From positions 222 to 64,221 of the forward strand of contig CAJUAP010000017.1 in the NCBI GenBank assembly GCA_910584435.1: a stretch of 64,000 nt of DNA. The letters are read 5' to 3'. Positions within the stretch are counted from its first letter, which is position 1, and every line of letters begins with the position of its first letter. The notes under the pieces were generated by a model. The model saw only the letters and a program-made list of their open reading frames with translations, searched no databases and was not told the origin of the DNA. Below, in pieces: positions 48,038 to 57,690 of this stretch. This DNA is from an uncultured Acetatifactor sp. GTDB lineage: Bacteria; Bacillota; Clostridia; Lachnospirales; Lachnospiraceae. A program made the translations under genes and the position numbers.

Positions 48038-49084
48038 TTATGATACCGCCAGATCGATAATTCTTGTAAGAATCTCCTGGAAGGAATGTCCTGCGGCTTT
48101 CATCATGCTGGGGAACCGGCTGTGCTCCGTAAAGCCCGGAATGGTATTGGCCTCGTTAAATATAATCTCACCGTCCGGCGTGAGGAACATGTCTATCCGG
48201 GCGTAACCGCTGCAGCCCAATGCCCGGTATATGCATGCGGCAGCTTCTTTGATTTCGGCAGCCTTGGCGTCAGCAATTCTCGCAGGTACATGAATGGCAG
48301 ATGTTTTCAGCGTATATTTTTCCGTGAAAGTGAAAAAACCTCCTGAAAGTTCTATTTCGTCCACCTCGCCAATGATAAGCTCCTGGTTGCCCACAACAGC
48401 ACAGCCTACTTCAAAACCTTCGATATTTTCCTCTATGATAGCCTGGTTATCATATTGGAAGGCCAGGGATACAGCGGCGGAGAGCTCTGTTTCATCACAT
48501 ACTTTGGTGACGCCGTAAGAGGAACCGGCCTTGACGGGCTTGATATAGAGGGGATAGCCGATTTGACCGGCAAAAGCTGCGATGGTCTCTGGCGGGGTAT
48601 CCTGCTCAAAGGTCATGGACTGGGGAACGGGGACACCTGCAAGCTGCACCAGCTTATGTGCCCGATCCTTGTCCATACAGAGGGCGGATGCGAGTGTACC
48701 GCATCCTGCCACAGGAATGCCGGCCATCTCCAGCAGACCCTGTAAAGTGCCGTCCTCGCCATTCCGGCCATGAAGTACGGGAAATGCCACATCAATGGGA
48801 ATCCGGACAATGCCCTCGTCTTTCAGCAGAAGCAGACTGTGCCCGCAGCGGTTGGGGGACATGACGGCAGGTGTGCAGTGCGGGGAAGTATGCCAGGTGT
48901 CATTGAGCAGATTGTCTATGGGGCCGTCATAATAATACCAGGTGCCTTCCTGTGTGATGCCGATCATAACAGGAACATATTTCTCCTTGTCCAGGTTCAG
49001 AATAACGCCGGAAGCAGATGAGAGGGATACACTATATTCGGAGGAGCAGCCTCCAAAAAATATGGCTACATTTAGTTTCTTCAT
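48038..49084 (-). CDS. vanG: D-Ala-D-Ser ligase, VanG-like
   Basis: FGGCSSEY.VSL, LHGRNGEDG, GSSYG, omega loop FTEKY and NTIPG; adjacent to vanT. Confidence 0.85.
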   Translation of the reverse strand: MKKLNVAIFFGGCSSEYSVSLSSASGVILNLDKEKYVPVMIGITQEGTWYYYDGPIDNLLNDTWHTSPHCTPAVMSPNRCGHSLLLLKDEGIVRIPIDVAFPVLHGRNGEDGTLQGLLEMAGIPVAGCGTLASALCMDKDRAHKLVQLAGVPVPQSMTFEQDTPPETIAAFAGQIGYPLYIKPVKAGSSYGVTKVCDETELSAAVSLAFQYDNQAIIEENIEGFEVGCAVVGNQELIIGEVDEIELSGGFFTFTEKYTLKTSAIHVPARIADAKAAEIKEAAACIYRALGCSGYARIDMFLTPDGEIIFNEANTIPGFTEHSRFPSMMKAAGHSFQEILTRIIDLAVS

Positions 49085-49226
49085 AATCATTCCTATGCCT
49101 TTCCGTAGCCTGCGTACAAGAACAGCAGACACTAAATTCCTTTTGTTTCTCTATCCTACAACCAAAGCATGGAAAAGTAAAGAGTTGGAAGCGAAAAACT
49201 TTCTTAAGAAGAATCCACATGAAATA

Positions 49227-49273
49227 AACAGTATATAACACTTGACAACAGTTGCAGACTGTTATATACTGTT
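49227..49273 (+). promoter_or_regulatory. GntR(YtrA)-type operator overlapping promoter
   Basis: Perfect 14-bp IR AACAGTATATAACA/TGTTATATACTGTT, with TTGACA between the arms and TATACT inside the right arm. Confidence 0.8.
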
Positions 49274-49291
49274 AGCAAGGAGGAAAGATAA

Positions 49292-49672
49292 ATGCGCATT
49301 ATTATAAACAGTTCTTCCATGATACCCATATATGAGCAGATTATGGAGCAGATGAAAACCCTGATACGTAATGGAGAATTAAAGGAAAATGACAATCTGC
49401 CTTCTGTCCGTACTTTGTCCAAGGAGTTGAAAATCAGTGCACTGACTGTCAAAAAGGCATATGACAGCCTGGAAGAAGAGGGATTTACGGTCACCGTCCA
49501 CGGAAAAGGTACCTATGTGGCGGCGGTGAACCGGCAGCTTCTGCAGGAGGAACAGAAGAAGGAGCTGGAGGCGGATTTGGAGACGGCGGTCTGTAAGGGC
49601 AGAAGATATGGGATAAGCGATGAAGAGATAAAGAGCTTATTTGAATTGATTTTGGAGGGTGAATCATGTTAA
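49292..49672 (+). CDS. GntR-family regulator (YtrA subfamily)
   Basis: PIYEQI, LPSVR, TVKKAY and GKGTYV. Confidence 0.93.
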   Translation: MRIIINSSSMIPIYEQIMEQMKTLIRNGELKENDNLPSVRTLSKELKISALTVKKAYDSLEEEGFTVTVHGKGTYVAAVNRQLLQEEQKKELEADLETAVCKGRRYGISDEEIKSLFELILEGESC

Positions 49673-50517
49673 AAATGGAACATTTAAGAAAAAATTACGG
49701 TACATTTTCGCTGGACTGTTCAATAGAAGTTCTGCAGGGGCGTGTCACAGGCTTAATCGGGCAGAATGGCGCCGGGAAAAGCACCACATTTAAAGCGGCT
49801 CTGGGGCTGATTGCTCCTGACGGCGGAACGATTCGTATTCTGGGGAAAGACGTGCAGGATATAGGGGCAAAGGAGAAGCAGGAACTGGGCGTTGTGCTGT
49901 CGGAATCCGGTTTCAGCGGCTACCTGACAATTAAGGATATCATTCCGGTGCTTGAGAGTCTGTATGAGAAGTTTGATAAAAGTTTTTTTCAGGAACAGAT
50001 TAAGAAATTCGGTCTGCCTGACAACAAGAAGATCAAAGAATTTTCCACGGGCATGAAGGCAAAGCTGAAGGTGCTTGTTGCAGCATCCCACAATGCAAGG
50101 CTGTTGATTCTGGATGAACCTACGGCAGGGCTGGATGTGGTGGCAAGGGATGAACTATTGGAGATACTGAGGGAGTTCATGGAGCAGGATGAAAACAGGG
50201 CAATCCTGATCAGTTCACATATTTCCGGTGATTTGGAGACTCTATGCGATGATGTCTATTTGATTCATGAAGGCAAGGTGATTCTCCATGAAGAGACGGA
50301 TGTGTTGTTAAGCGATTATGCGCTGATGAAGGCAGACGAGGGGCAGTATGCGGCTATGGATAAACAGTATCTTCTCCGGGTGAGAAAGGAGAGCTTCGGA
50401 TATACCTGTCTTACAGACCAGAAACAGTATTATATGGAAAATTATCCGAAGCTTGTCATAGAAAAGGGAACCATAGACGGAGTGATTACAATGATGATTC
50501 GAGGGGAGGCAATATGA
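49666..50517 (+). CDS. ABC transporter ATP-binding protein
   Basis: Motifs GQNGAGKS, FSTGMK and LDEPT. Confidence 0.93.
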   Translation: MLKMEHLRKNYGTFSLDCSIEVLQGRVTGLIGQNGAGKSTTFKAALGLIAPDGGTIRILGKDVQDIGAKEKQELGVVLSESGFSGYLTIKDIIPVLESLYEKFDKSFFQEQIKKFGLPDNKKIKEFSTGMKAKLKVLVAASHNARLLILDEPTAGLDVVARDELLEILREFMEQDENRAILISSHISGDLETLCDDVYLIHEGKVILHEETDVLLSDYALMKADEGQYAAMDKQYLLRVRKESFGYTCLTDQKQYYMENYPKLVIEKGTIDGVITMMIRGEAI

Positions 50518-51176
50518 AAGGTATGAAAGGATTGTTGATTAAGGATATCAAACTGATGAAAAATATGAGGAATTCTCTTCTGATGATTTTGGTAATTGCG
50601 ATGGGAATGGCATATTATTTGAAGGATTTGTCTTTTATTATTGTGTATCTGGCGCTTCTGGGGGGGGCGTTTACATCCAGTACCCTCAGTTACGACGAAT
50701 TTGACAAGGGGTATGCATTTCTGTTTTCACTGCCCGTTACAAAGAGGGATTATGTGATGGAAAAGTATGGATTGGGGTTGATTCTGAGCGGGGGAGGGTG
50801 GCTCCTGGGAACCGTTTTGATGACGGCTGCCGGATGGATTCGGAACAATGGTGCCATACAGGATAATCTTATGATGGGCTTATGTCTGCTTCCCTTTCCT
50901 CTGATACTTTTAGCATTGCTTCTTCCTTTCCATTTGAAATTCGGAGGAGAAAAGGGGAAGATTGTCATGATTGGTGTTGCCGGAGGACTGTTGATTGCCG
51001 GTGTTCTGGGGGCGAAGCTGGCAGAGAAGATGCACCTGGATATAGATGCTGTGTTGGCGAATCTGTCCGGTTTGAATATGAATTTGATGACCGTGTGCGG
51101 TATCGTATTCGGCTTGATCATACTGGCACTGTCATGCAGAATCAGTATGTCCATTGTCAGAAAGTGGGAATTTTAA
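50514..51176 (+). CDS. ABC-2 type permease
   Basis: MKGLLIKD and SLPVTKRDYVMEKY; six TM segments. Confidence 0.88.
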   Translation: MKGMKGLLIKDIKLMKNMRNSLLMILVIAMGMAYYLKDLSFIIVYLALLGGAFTSSTLSYDEFDKGYAFLFSLPVTKRDYVMEKYGLGLILSGGGWLLGTVLMTAAGWIRNNGAIQDNLMMGLCLLPFPLILLALLLPFHLKFGGEKGKIVMIGVAGGLLIAGVLGAKLAEKMHLDIDAVLANLSGLNMNLMTVCGIVFGLIILALSCRISMSIVRKWEF

Positions 51177-51391
51177 GCGGTTTTTATGCGGGGCAGAGCA
51201 CTATGATGCCTGGGAGAGTGTGAAAATGAAAAGCATGAAAGAGGCTGTTGCACTGAAATCGGTGCGGCAGCTTTTTCTATATTTTAGATTTTTTTTATGT
51301 TATTATTTTTCTGAATTTATAATTTGTGCCTTTGGATATGATATAATAGGCTCATGGCAATAAGGATAAGAGCAGGGACAGGAGTGCTGCT

Positions 51392-52879
51392 ATGAAGTTT
51401 AAGACGAGATTGAGAGTTACTTTTATTACAATTATTGTGCTGCCATTGGTTCTGACGACATTGGCCTTCTGCGGCATTGGTCTGTATCTGATGAATGTTC
51501 AGAAGGGATTTCCAGTCGTAAAACCGGATTATACGGCGCTGGTGGAGAATATGCAGGCAGCAGTGGAGACCACAGACAGGGCCTATTATTATCTGAGGGA
51601 TCAGATTGCTGAGGATGCATCCAGACTGGCAGACAGGGGCTATCTGGAGAGGGTGGATTCTCAGATCGCAAGAAGAACAACATACATTATAGTAAGGAAA
51701 GGAAACGAATTATATTATACGGGGAATGAAGAGGCGGCGGAGGCGATTTTTGACAAGCTGCCGGATTATCAGGGACGGGAGGTATCGGAGGATTCGGGGA
51801 TATATTTTGATGAATTGGATAAATTCGTCAAACAATTGGATTTCCTGTTTCCGGACGGCAGTGAGGGCAGCGCATTTGTGGTCACAAAAGTGAATTCCCT
51901 GATATCCAGGCATTTGCTTATAGACATGTTCGTGGCGATTTTCCTGATTCTGATGTTCACCAGCCTGATGCTGACCTGGTGGATTCACAGAGGGGTATTT
52001 AATCCAATTAATGAGCTGAATATTGCCATGCGCAAGATTAAGGAAGGGAATTTTGAATATGCGCTTCAGACGGACGCCAAGGGCGAAATCGGCGATTTAT
52101 ACCGGAATTATGAAGATATGCGTCTGCGGCTGAAGGAGAATACAGAAGAGAGCGAAGAGAGTGAAAAGCAGAACAGAGAGCTGGTCAGCAATATTTCCCA
52201 TGACCTGAAGACACCGATTACGGCAATCAAGGGCTATGTAGAAGGAATCATGGACGGCGTGGCGGATACCCCTGAGAAGATGGATAAGTACATTAAGACC
52301 ATATATAACAAGGCAAACGATATGGAGCGGCTTATCAATGAACTGACCTATTATTCCGGCATTGACAACAACAGGATTCCGTATAATTTCCATCGTATTA
52401 ATGTTGCAGACTATTTTGGTGACTGTGTGGAAGAAGTGGGGCTGGATCTGGAACAGAAAAGCATTGAATTGAATTATTCCAATCTGGCCAGATCCGATAC
52501 GGTTGTCATTGCGGACCCGGAGCAGATGAAGAAAGTCATCAATAATATTATCAGCAACAGTGTAAAATATATTGATAAACCCAAGGGGGTTATTGACATC
52601 AGGATTCTGGATGAAGTGGATTCCATTCGGATTGAGATTGAGGACAACGGAAAAGGGATTGCACAAAAGGATCTGCCTAAGATTTTCGAGCGCTTTTACC
52701 GCACGGATGCGTCACGGAACTCTGCCCAGGGCGGAAGCGGAATAGGGCTTTCTATTGTGAAAAAGATTGTGGAAGATCATGGGGGATATATCTGGGCCAC
52801 CAGCAAGGAGGGTGAGGGCACCTGTATTAATTTTGTGCTTAGAAAATATATTGAGCTTCAGGATGAAAAGAAAGTGTAA
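51392..52879 (+). CDS. HAMP-domain sensor histidine kinase
   Basis: Motifs SHDLKTP, NSVKY, DNGKGI, FERFYR and GSGIGL. Confidence 0.95.
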   Translation: MKFKTRLRVTFITIIVLPLVLTTLAFCGIGLYLMNVQKGFPVVKPDYTALVENMQAAVETTDRAYYYLRDQIAEDASRLADRGYLERVDSQIARRTTYIIVRKGNELYYTGNEEAAEAIFDKLPDYQGREVSEDSGIYFDELDKFVKQLDFLFPDGSEGSAFVVTKVNSLISRHLLIDMFVAIFLILMFTSLMLTWWIHRGVFNPINELNIAMRKIKEGNFEYALQTDAKGEIGDLYRNYEDMRLRLKENTEESEESEKQNRELVSNISHDLKTPITAIKGYVEGIMDGVADTPEKMDKYIKTIYNKANDMERLINELTYYSGIDNNRIPYNFHRINVADYFGDCVEEVGLDLEQKSIELNYSNLARSDTVVIADPEQMKKVINNIISNSVKYIDKPKGVIDIRILDEVDSIRIEIEDNGKGIAQKDLPKIFERFYRTDASRNSAQGGSGIGLSIVKKIVEDHGGYIWATSKEGEGTCINFVLRKYIELQDEKKV

Positions 52880-53062
52880 AATGAAAAGTTTATAAGTTCT
52901 AAGGTTGTTGTAAGATGAAAAGTTTATAAGTTCAAAAGCTGCTGTATGATGAAAAGAGAAAAGTTTATAAGATGAAAAGAGAAAAGTTTATAAGCTGAAA
53001 AGAGAGTGTAAGTTGAAAAGCGGTTGTAAGATGAATATTTAATAAGATGAAAATTGATTGAA
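52861..53062. repeat. degenerate AT/purine-rich tandem repeats
   Basis: About ten units related to GATGAAAAG...TAA. Confidence 0.75.
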
Positions 53063-53097
53063 AGATGATAACCTAAAACAGAAAGGCAGGATTTGGC

Positions 53098-53790
53098 ATG
53101 AGCAGGATTTTGATTATTGAGGATGAGGTTGCAATTGCGGATTTGGAGAAGGATTATCTGGAATTAAGTGATTTCCAGGTGGATATCTGTAACGCCGGGG
53201 ACGAGGGGCTGGCCAAGGCGCTTCAGGGCGATTATAATCTGGTCATTTTGGATTTGATGCTGCCTGGCATGGATGGTTTTGAAGTATGCAGGAAGATTCG
53301 GGAGGAAAAAAATATTCCTATATTGATGGTTTCTGCCAAAAAGGATGATATTGATAAAATCAGGGGATTGGGTCTGGGGGCGGACGATTATATGACGAAG
53401 CCCTTCAGTCCCAGTGAGCTGGTGGCCAGGGTAAAGGCACATATGGCAAGGTATGAGCGTCTGGTGGGCACCAATCAGAAGCCGCAGAATGATATTGTGG
53501 AGATTCGGGGGATTCGTATTGATAAGACGGCAAGGCGTGTCTATGTGAACGGGGAAGAGAAAACCTTTACCACGAAGGAATTCGATTTGCTGACTTTTCT
53601 TGCGGAAAATCCAAATCATGTGTATACGAAGGAAGAACTGTTCCGGGAAATATGGGATATGGATTCTATCGGGGACATTGCTACGGTTACGGTACACATT
53701 AAGAAGATCAGGGAGAAGATTGAACTGGATACGGCAAAGCCCCAGTATATTGAGACTATCTGGGGTGTGGGATATCGTTTTAAGGTATAG
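53098..53790 (+). CDS. OmpR-family response regulator
   Basis: IEDE, LDLMLP, KPF and ETIWGVGYRF. Confidence 0.95.
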   Translation: MSRILIIEDEVAIADLEKDYLELSDFQVDICNAGDEGLAKALQGDYNLVILDLMLPGMDGFEVCRKIREEKNIPILMVSAKKDDIDKIRGLGLGADDYMTKPFSPSELVARVKAHMARYERLVGTNQKPQNDIVEIRGIRIDKTARRVYVNGEEKTFTTKEFDLLTFLAENPNHVYTKEELFREIWDMDSIGDIATVTVHIKKIREKIELDTAKPQYIETIWGVGYRFKV

Positions 53791-53881
53791 ACGGGAAGTG
53801 TAAAACGGAAAAATAAAAAGGGAATGTTCAGAACCGGGAATCCGAAACAGGATTTCCGGTTCTGAACATATGGGTGAGAGT

Positions 53882-55405
53882 ATGCTTCCAGAGGCATTTT
53901 TAGAGAGAATGCAGCAGATGCTGGGTGAAGAATATGGAGATTTCCTGGAGACCTTTGCGCAGGAAAAGTATCAGGCATTGCGGATTAATGTGCTTAAACT
54001 GCGGGCGGCCAGGATTTTTCCTGCATGGCAGCCTCATTTGTCTAAGGTGCCATGGACAGAGAACGGTTATTATTATGAGGCGGAGGAGTCTCCTGGAAAA
54101 CATCCTTATCACGATGCAGGCATGTATTATATTCAGGAACCCAGTGCCATGGCACCGGCGGAGTTCCTTGCGGCACAACCGGGAGAAAGGGTACTGGATT
54201 TATGCGCCGCGCCGGGAGGAAAAAGCACACAGATAGCAGCAGGGATGAGGGGGGACGGCATTTTATTCTGCAATGAGATAAATTCGTCACGTGCAAAAAT
54301 TTTATCTGAAAACATAGAGCGAATGGGTATCTGTAATGCTTGTGTTTTGAATGAAACGCCGGAACGGCTGGCGGAATGTTTCCCGGAATATTTCGACAGG
54401 ATATTGGTGGATGCGCCCTGTTCAGGCGAAGGAATGTTCCGCAAAAATGATGCCGCCTGTGAGGAATGGAGTCCTGAAAATGTGGCAATGTGTGCACACA
54501 GGCAGGATGGAATATTGGACTGTGCAGCCAGGATGCTTCGGCCCGGCGGCAGACTGGTCTATTCTACCTGTACCTTTGCCCCGGAGGAAAATGAGGGGAG
54601 TATCAGCAGATTTGTCCGCAGACATGAAGAGTTTATAATTGTGAATATTTCCGCTGCGGAAAAGGAACGCCGTGGTCTGGCAGGATGTGACGGCAGGGCA
54701 GAATATATTGATGACCCGGTTCCGGGATTGGAGGGGACATTGCGGTTGTGGCCCCAGCGCATCAAGGGTGAGGGGCATTATGTGGCTGTGCTGCAGAAGG
54801 CGGAGGAACAATGGCCGGGAAGCCGGAATCAGCAAGAATATCAGAAGCAGAGCGCTTTGGGGCCGGCAGAGGGAATTGTCCGGAAAGTACCGGAGGATTT
54901 GGCCGGGTTTGTCTGTGACAATCTGAGAAGCTCTGCGGCAGGAGAAAAGGAAGGATGTAAAAAGCAATCGGGAAAAGGGGATTTGGTGCAGTCAGACATG
55001 GAAGGAATGCTGTATGCCCTTGGCGAAATGACTGGATTGGCCGGGAAGCCTCAAATGATCGGCTTTGGAGACAATCTGTATCTGATTGCCGAAGATATGC
55101 CTTCACTGAAAGGTTTGAAGGTACTCCGGCCGGGGCTGCACCTTGGGGAGCTGCGTAAGAATCGGTTTGAACCTTCCCATGCGTTAGCGCTGGCGCTTCA
55201 GCCTTCCCAAGCGGTACATAAATGGAATCTGGATTCCGGCGGACGCCTGATTCGTGCGTTTCTTAATGGTGAGACTTTTCCGGCAGAAGGGGAGAAGGGG
55301 TGGTATCTCATCTGTGTGGATGGATTTGGCATCGGCTGGGGGAAGCTGACCGGTGGAGTGATGAAGAATCATTATCCGAGAGGATTAAGGGGAAAGAATC
55401 GTTGA
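53882..55405 (+). CDS. rsmF: RsmF/NOL1/NOP2 rRNA m5C methyltransferase
   Basis: YIQEPSAM, DLCAAPGGK, DAPCSGEG, YSTCTF and NHYPRGLR. Confidence 0.88.
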   Translation: MLPEAFLERMQQMLGEEYGDFLETFAQEKYQALRINVLKLRAARIFPAWQPHLSKVPWTENGYYYEAEESPGKHPYHDAGMYYIQEPSAMAPAEFLAAQPGERVLDLCAAPGGKSTQIAAGMRGDGILFCNEINSSRAKILSENIERMGICNACVLNETPERLAECFPEYFDRILVDAPCSGEGMFRKNDAACEEWSPENVAMCAHRQDGILDCAARMLRPGGRLVYSTCTFAPEENEGSISRFVRRHEEFIIVNISAAEKERRGLAGCDGRAEYIDDPVPGLEGTLRLWPQRIKGEGHYVAVLQKAEEQWPGSRNQQEYQKQSALGPAEGIVRKVPEDLAGFVCDNLRSSAAGEKEGCKKQSGKGDLVQSDMEGMLYALGEMTGLAGKPQMIGFGDNLYLIAEDMPSLKGLKVLRPGLHLGELRKNRFEPSHALALALQPSQAVHKWNLDSGGRLIRAFLNGETFPAEGEKGWYLICVDGFGIGWGKLTGGVMKNHYPRGLRGKNR

Positions 55406-55478
55406 ACTGATATCAGGATGAGTGTGGTGGCAGATAATAAAATATGTGTAAGGGCGGTTACGGAACGGAGGAGGCAGT

Positions 55479-56354
55479 GTGAAGACGGATATTCTGTATG
55501 AAGATAATGATATTCTGGTGGTATATAAGCCTGCCGGATTGGGGGTGCAGACGGCGAAGACGGGGCAGCAGGACGTAGTCAGCGAATTGAAGAATTATAT
55601 GCGGCAATGTGGGAAGAGGGGGAGATGTTCCCGGGCAGCAGGTACTGGTGTGCCATATCTTGGCATTATTCACCGCCTGGATCAGCCGGTGGAGGGGCTG
55701 CTGGTTTTTGCAAAAAATAAAAAGGCGGCGGCATCCTTGTCAGGACAGCTGCAGGAACAGGCAAACGGCGGCACATTACATAAACAGTACTATGCAGTGA
55801 TTTGTGGAAAACCTGCGGCAGAAGAAGGGGAATTGGTGGATTACCTTTATAAAAATAAGGAAAACATGGCGGAGGCTGCGGCAGGGCCGGAGGTTTCAGG
55901 GGCAAAGAGGGCAGTGCTCCGTTATCGTATTCTGAGGGTATGTTCTATAGAAAATTTGTCAGGCGGTGAAATTGCAGAGAATGTAATGGCCATGGAGACA
56001 GCGGAATGCAGGCCGGGGAGTGTACGGGCAGCAGAGGGCATAGGAAGGCCGGGACGCATGCGGACAGCAGAAAGTGGGAAAGAATCGGGCAGCAGGCACA
56101 TTGCACTGGCGGATATCCGTATTCAGACAGGACGCTTTCACCAGATACGGGCACAGATGGCGCTTGCAGGAACCCCTATATTGGGAGATTTCAAATATGG
56201 AAATGAAGAAACAAAGGCATTGTCACAGCAGTTAAGGATACAACATGTGGCTCTTTGTGCATATAGTCTCGTGTTTCTGCATCCATGCGCCGGGAAAGAA
56301 ATGCGGTTTCAAATTGAACCCAGGGGAAGGGCTTTTTCCTTTTTGCATGAATGA
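55479..56354 (+). CDS. RluA-family pseudouridine synthase
   Basis: KPAG, HRLD, TGRFHQIR and PILGDFKYG. Confidence 0.92.
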   Translation: MKTDILYEDNDILVVYKPAGLGVQTAKTGQQDVVSELKNYMRQCGKRGRCSRAAGTGVPYLGIIHRLDQPVEGLLVFAKNKKAAASLSGQLQEQANGGTLHKQYYAVICGKPAAEEGELVDYLYKNKENMAEAAAGPEVSGAKRAVLRYRILRVCSIENLSGGEIAENVMAMETAECRPGSVRAAEGIGRPGRMRTAESGKESGSRHIALADIRIQTGRFHQIRAQMALAGTPILGDFKYGNEETKALSQQLRIQHVALCAYSLVFLHPCAGKEMRFQIEPRGRAFSFLHE

Positions 56355-56449
56355 TTTCAGAAAAGAAAGCCATACTGTAAAAGAAAGAATGACAGCGTCT
56401 GTAGTTTGGGCATGTCATAACGAAATGTAAGTAAAGGTCGTGAAAAAGT

Positions 56450-57508
56450 ATGGCGGAGAAAATCAAGAACAATCGATTCATAGTACTGCTCTTTCTGACA
56501 GGGGCAGTATATTTTTTCCTGAAGGTCATTGCGCCTCTTACATCACCGGTGCTGGCAGCCATGCTGTTTGTGACTATCTTCGGACCCTTACTGCAGAAAC
56601 TGCAGAGTAAATTAAAAATCCACAGACAGGTGGGCGCTTTGCTTTTATTATTATTCGGATGTATATTGCTGGGAATTCTGGTATGGATTCTATTCTCCTG
56701 GATTGTGGGAAGTATGCCGGACTGGGTAGGGATGCTGGATACTTTGGAGGAAGAATTGGGGGCAATTGTACATGAAATTTGCCATGTGGTGGGCAGGACG
56801 CTTCGGATTGACGGCAGTTATCTGGAACAGACGATTCTCGCCAGAGTGCAGGAGGGCATAGACTATTTTCAGATGCAGCTGCTGCCCGGCGTACTGTCGC
56901 AATCATTGGAATATGTAAAGATTCTGGCATCTGTGGGCGGATTCCTTGTAACCTTTCTCATTGCCACCGTACTGCTGGCAAAGGATTATGATGATATTAT
57001 GAACCGGCTGTTAGACAGAGAGGAATGCCATGTGTATCTGGAAATTGTATGCGGCATCATTCGATACATTGCCACTTATGTGAAAGCACAGTTTATTATT
57101 ATGAGCATTATCGGCACCTTGGCGGCCGTGGTGCTGGGCGTTATAGGGATAAGGAATGGCGTGCTGTGGGGGATTCTGGCAGGAATTCTGGATGCGCTTC
57201 CCTTTATCGGTACAGGAATTGTACTGGTGCCCCTTGGCATACAGCAGCTTTTTGATGCAAATTATGCGGGGGCAGTTATCTGCCTGGTGCTGTATGTGGC
57301 ATGCATCTTTATAAGGGAATTGCTGGAACCCAAGCTTATCGGTAAACGCATCGGCGTTTCGCCCATAGCCATTCTGCTGTCCCTTTATGCAGGCATCAAG
57401 CTTTTTGGTCTATGGGGTATTATCGGTGGGCCGTTAGGATTTGTTATTATATACCAATCGTTTCTGAGCCTGGAGCGGCGGAGGGTACAATCTGCAGCGG
57501 AGAAATAG
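56450..57508 (+). CDS. AI-2E family (YtvI-like) membrane protein
   Basis: LDALPFIGTG, LEPKLIG and GIIGGP. Confidence 0.85.
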   Translation: MAEKIKNNRFIVLLFLTGAVYFFLKVIAPLTSPVLAAMLFVTIFGPLLQKLQSKLKIHRQVGALLLLLFGCILLGILVWILFSWIVGSMPDWVGMLDTLEEELGAIVHEICHVVGRTLRIDGSYLEQTILARVQEGIDYFQMQLLPGVLSQSLEYVKILASVGGFLVTFLIATVLLAKDYDDIMNRLLDREECHVYLEIVCGIIRYIATYVKAQFIIMSIIGTLAAVVLGVIGIRNGVLWGILAGILDALPFIGTGIVLVPLGIQQLFDANYAGAVICLVLYVACIFIRELLEPKLIGKRIGVSPIAILLSLYAGIKLFGLWGIIGGPLGFVIIYQSFLSLERRRVQSAAEK

Positions 57509-57537
57509 TTGACAGTTTTTGGGAATGAGGTTATAGT
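57509..57537 (+). promoter_or_regulatory. sigmaA promoter of the Pnkp/RNA ligase gene
   Basis: TTGACA-N17-TATAGT. Confidence 0.75.
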
Positions 57538-57561
57538 AATCTTACGCAAGTTCGTTTATGG

Positions 57562-57680
57562 TATTGGAAATTAAAACAGTCTCGGAACGTAAGCCCCCGG
57601 GAGAATTTTCAGATGCGCACTATGCAGCTGAAAATTTCTCCCTTGCAAGGGGGCAGGAGTGGAGAGACGGAACTCTAATA
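57562..57680 (+). ncRNA. candidate structured leader RNA (nested rod-like hairpin)
   Basis: Four nested complementary pairs: TATTGGA/TCTAATA, GTCTC/GAGAC, GCCCCC/GGGGGC and GGGAGAATTTTCAG/CTGAAAATTTCTCCC. Confidence 0.5.
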
Positions 57681-57690
57681 GGAGGGAAGG

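Noticed and set aside
51392..53790. VanS/VanR for the vanG-vanT pair
   Set aside because: A generic HK-RR pair separated by a GntR/ABC operon, with no specific Van features seen; not excluded but unsupported.
53824..53869. 20-bp-stem hairpin as an ncRNA
   Set aside because: It lies right after the response regulator stop and is most simply a terminator or stabilising hairpin.
56450..57508. AI-2 exporter functionally linked to luxS
   Set aside because: It is 27 kb away and YtvI-like; the family name alone does not imply AI-2 transport.
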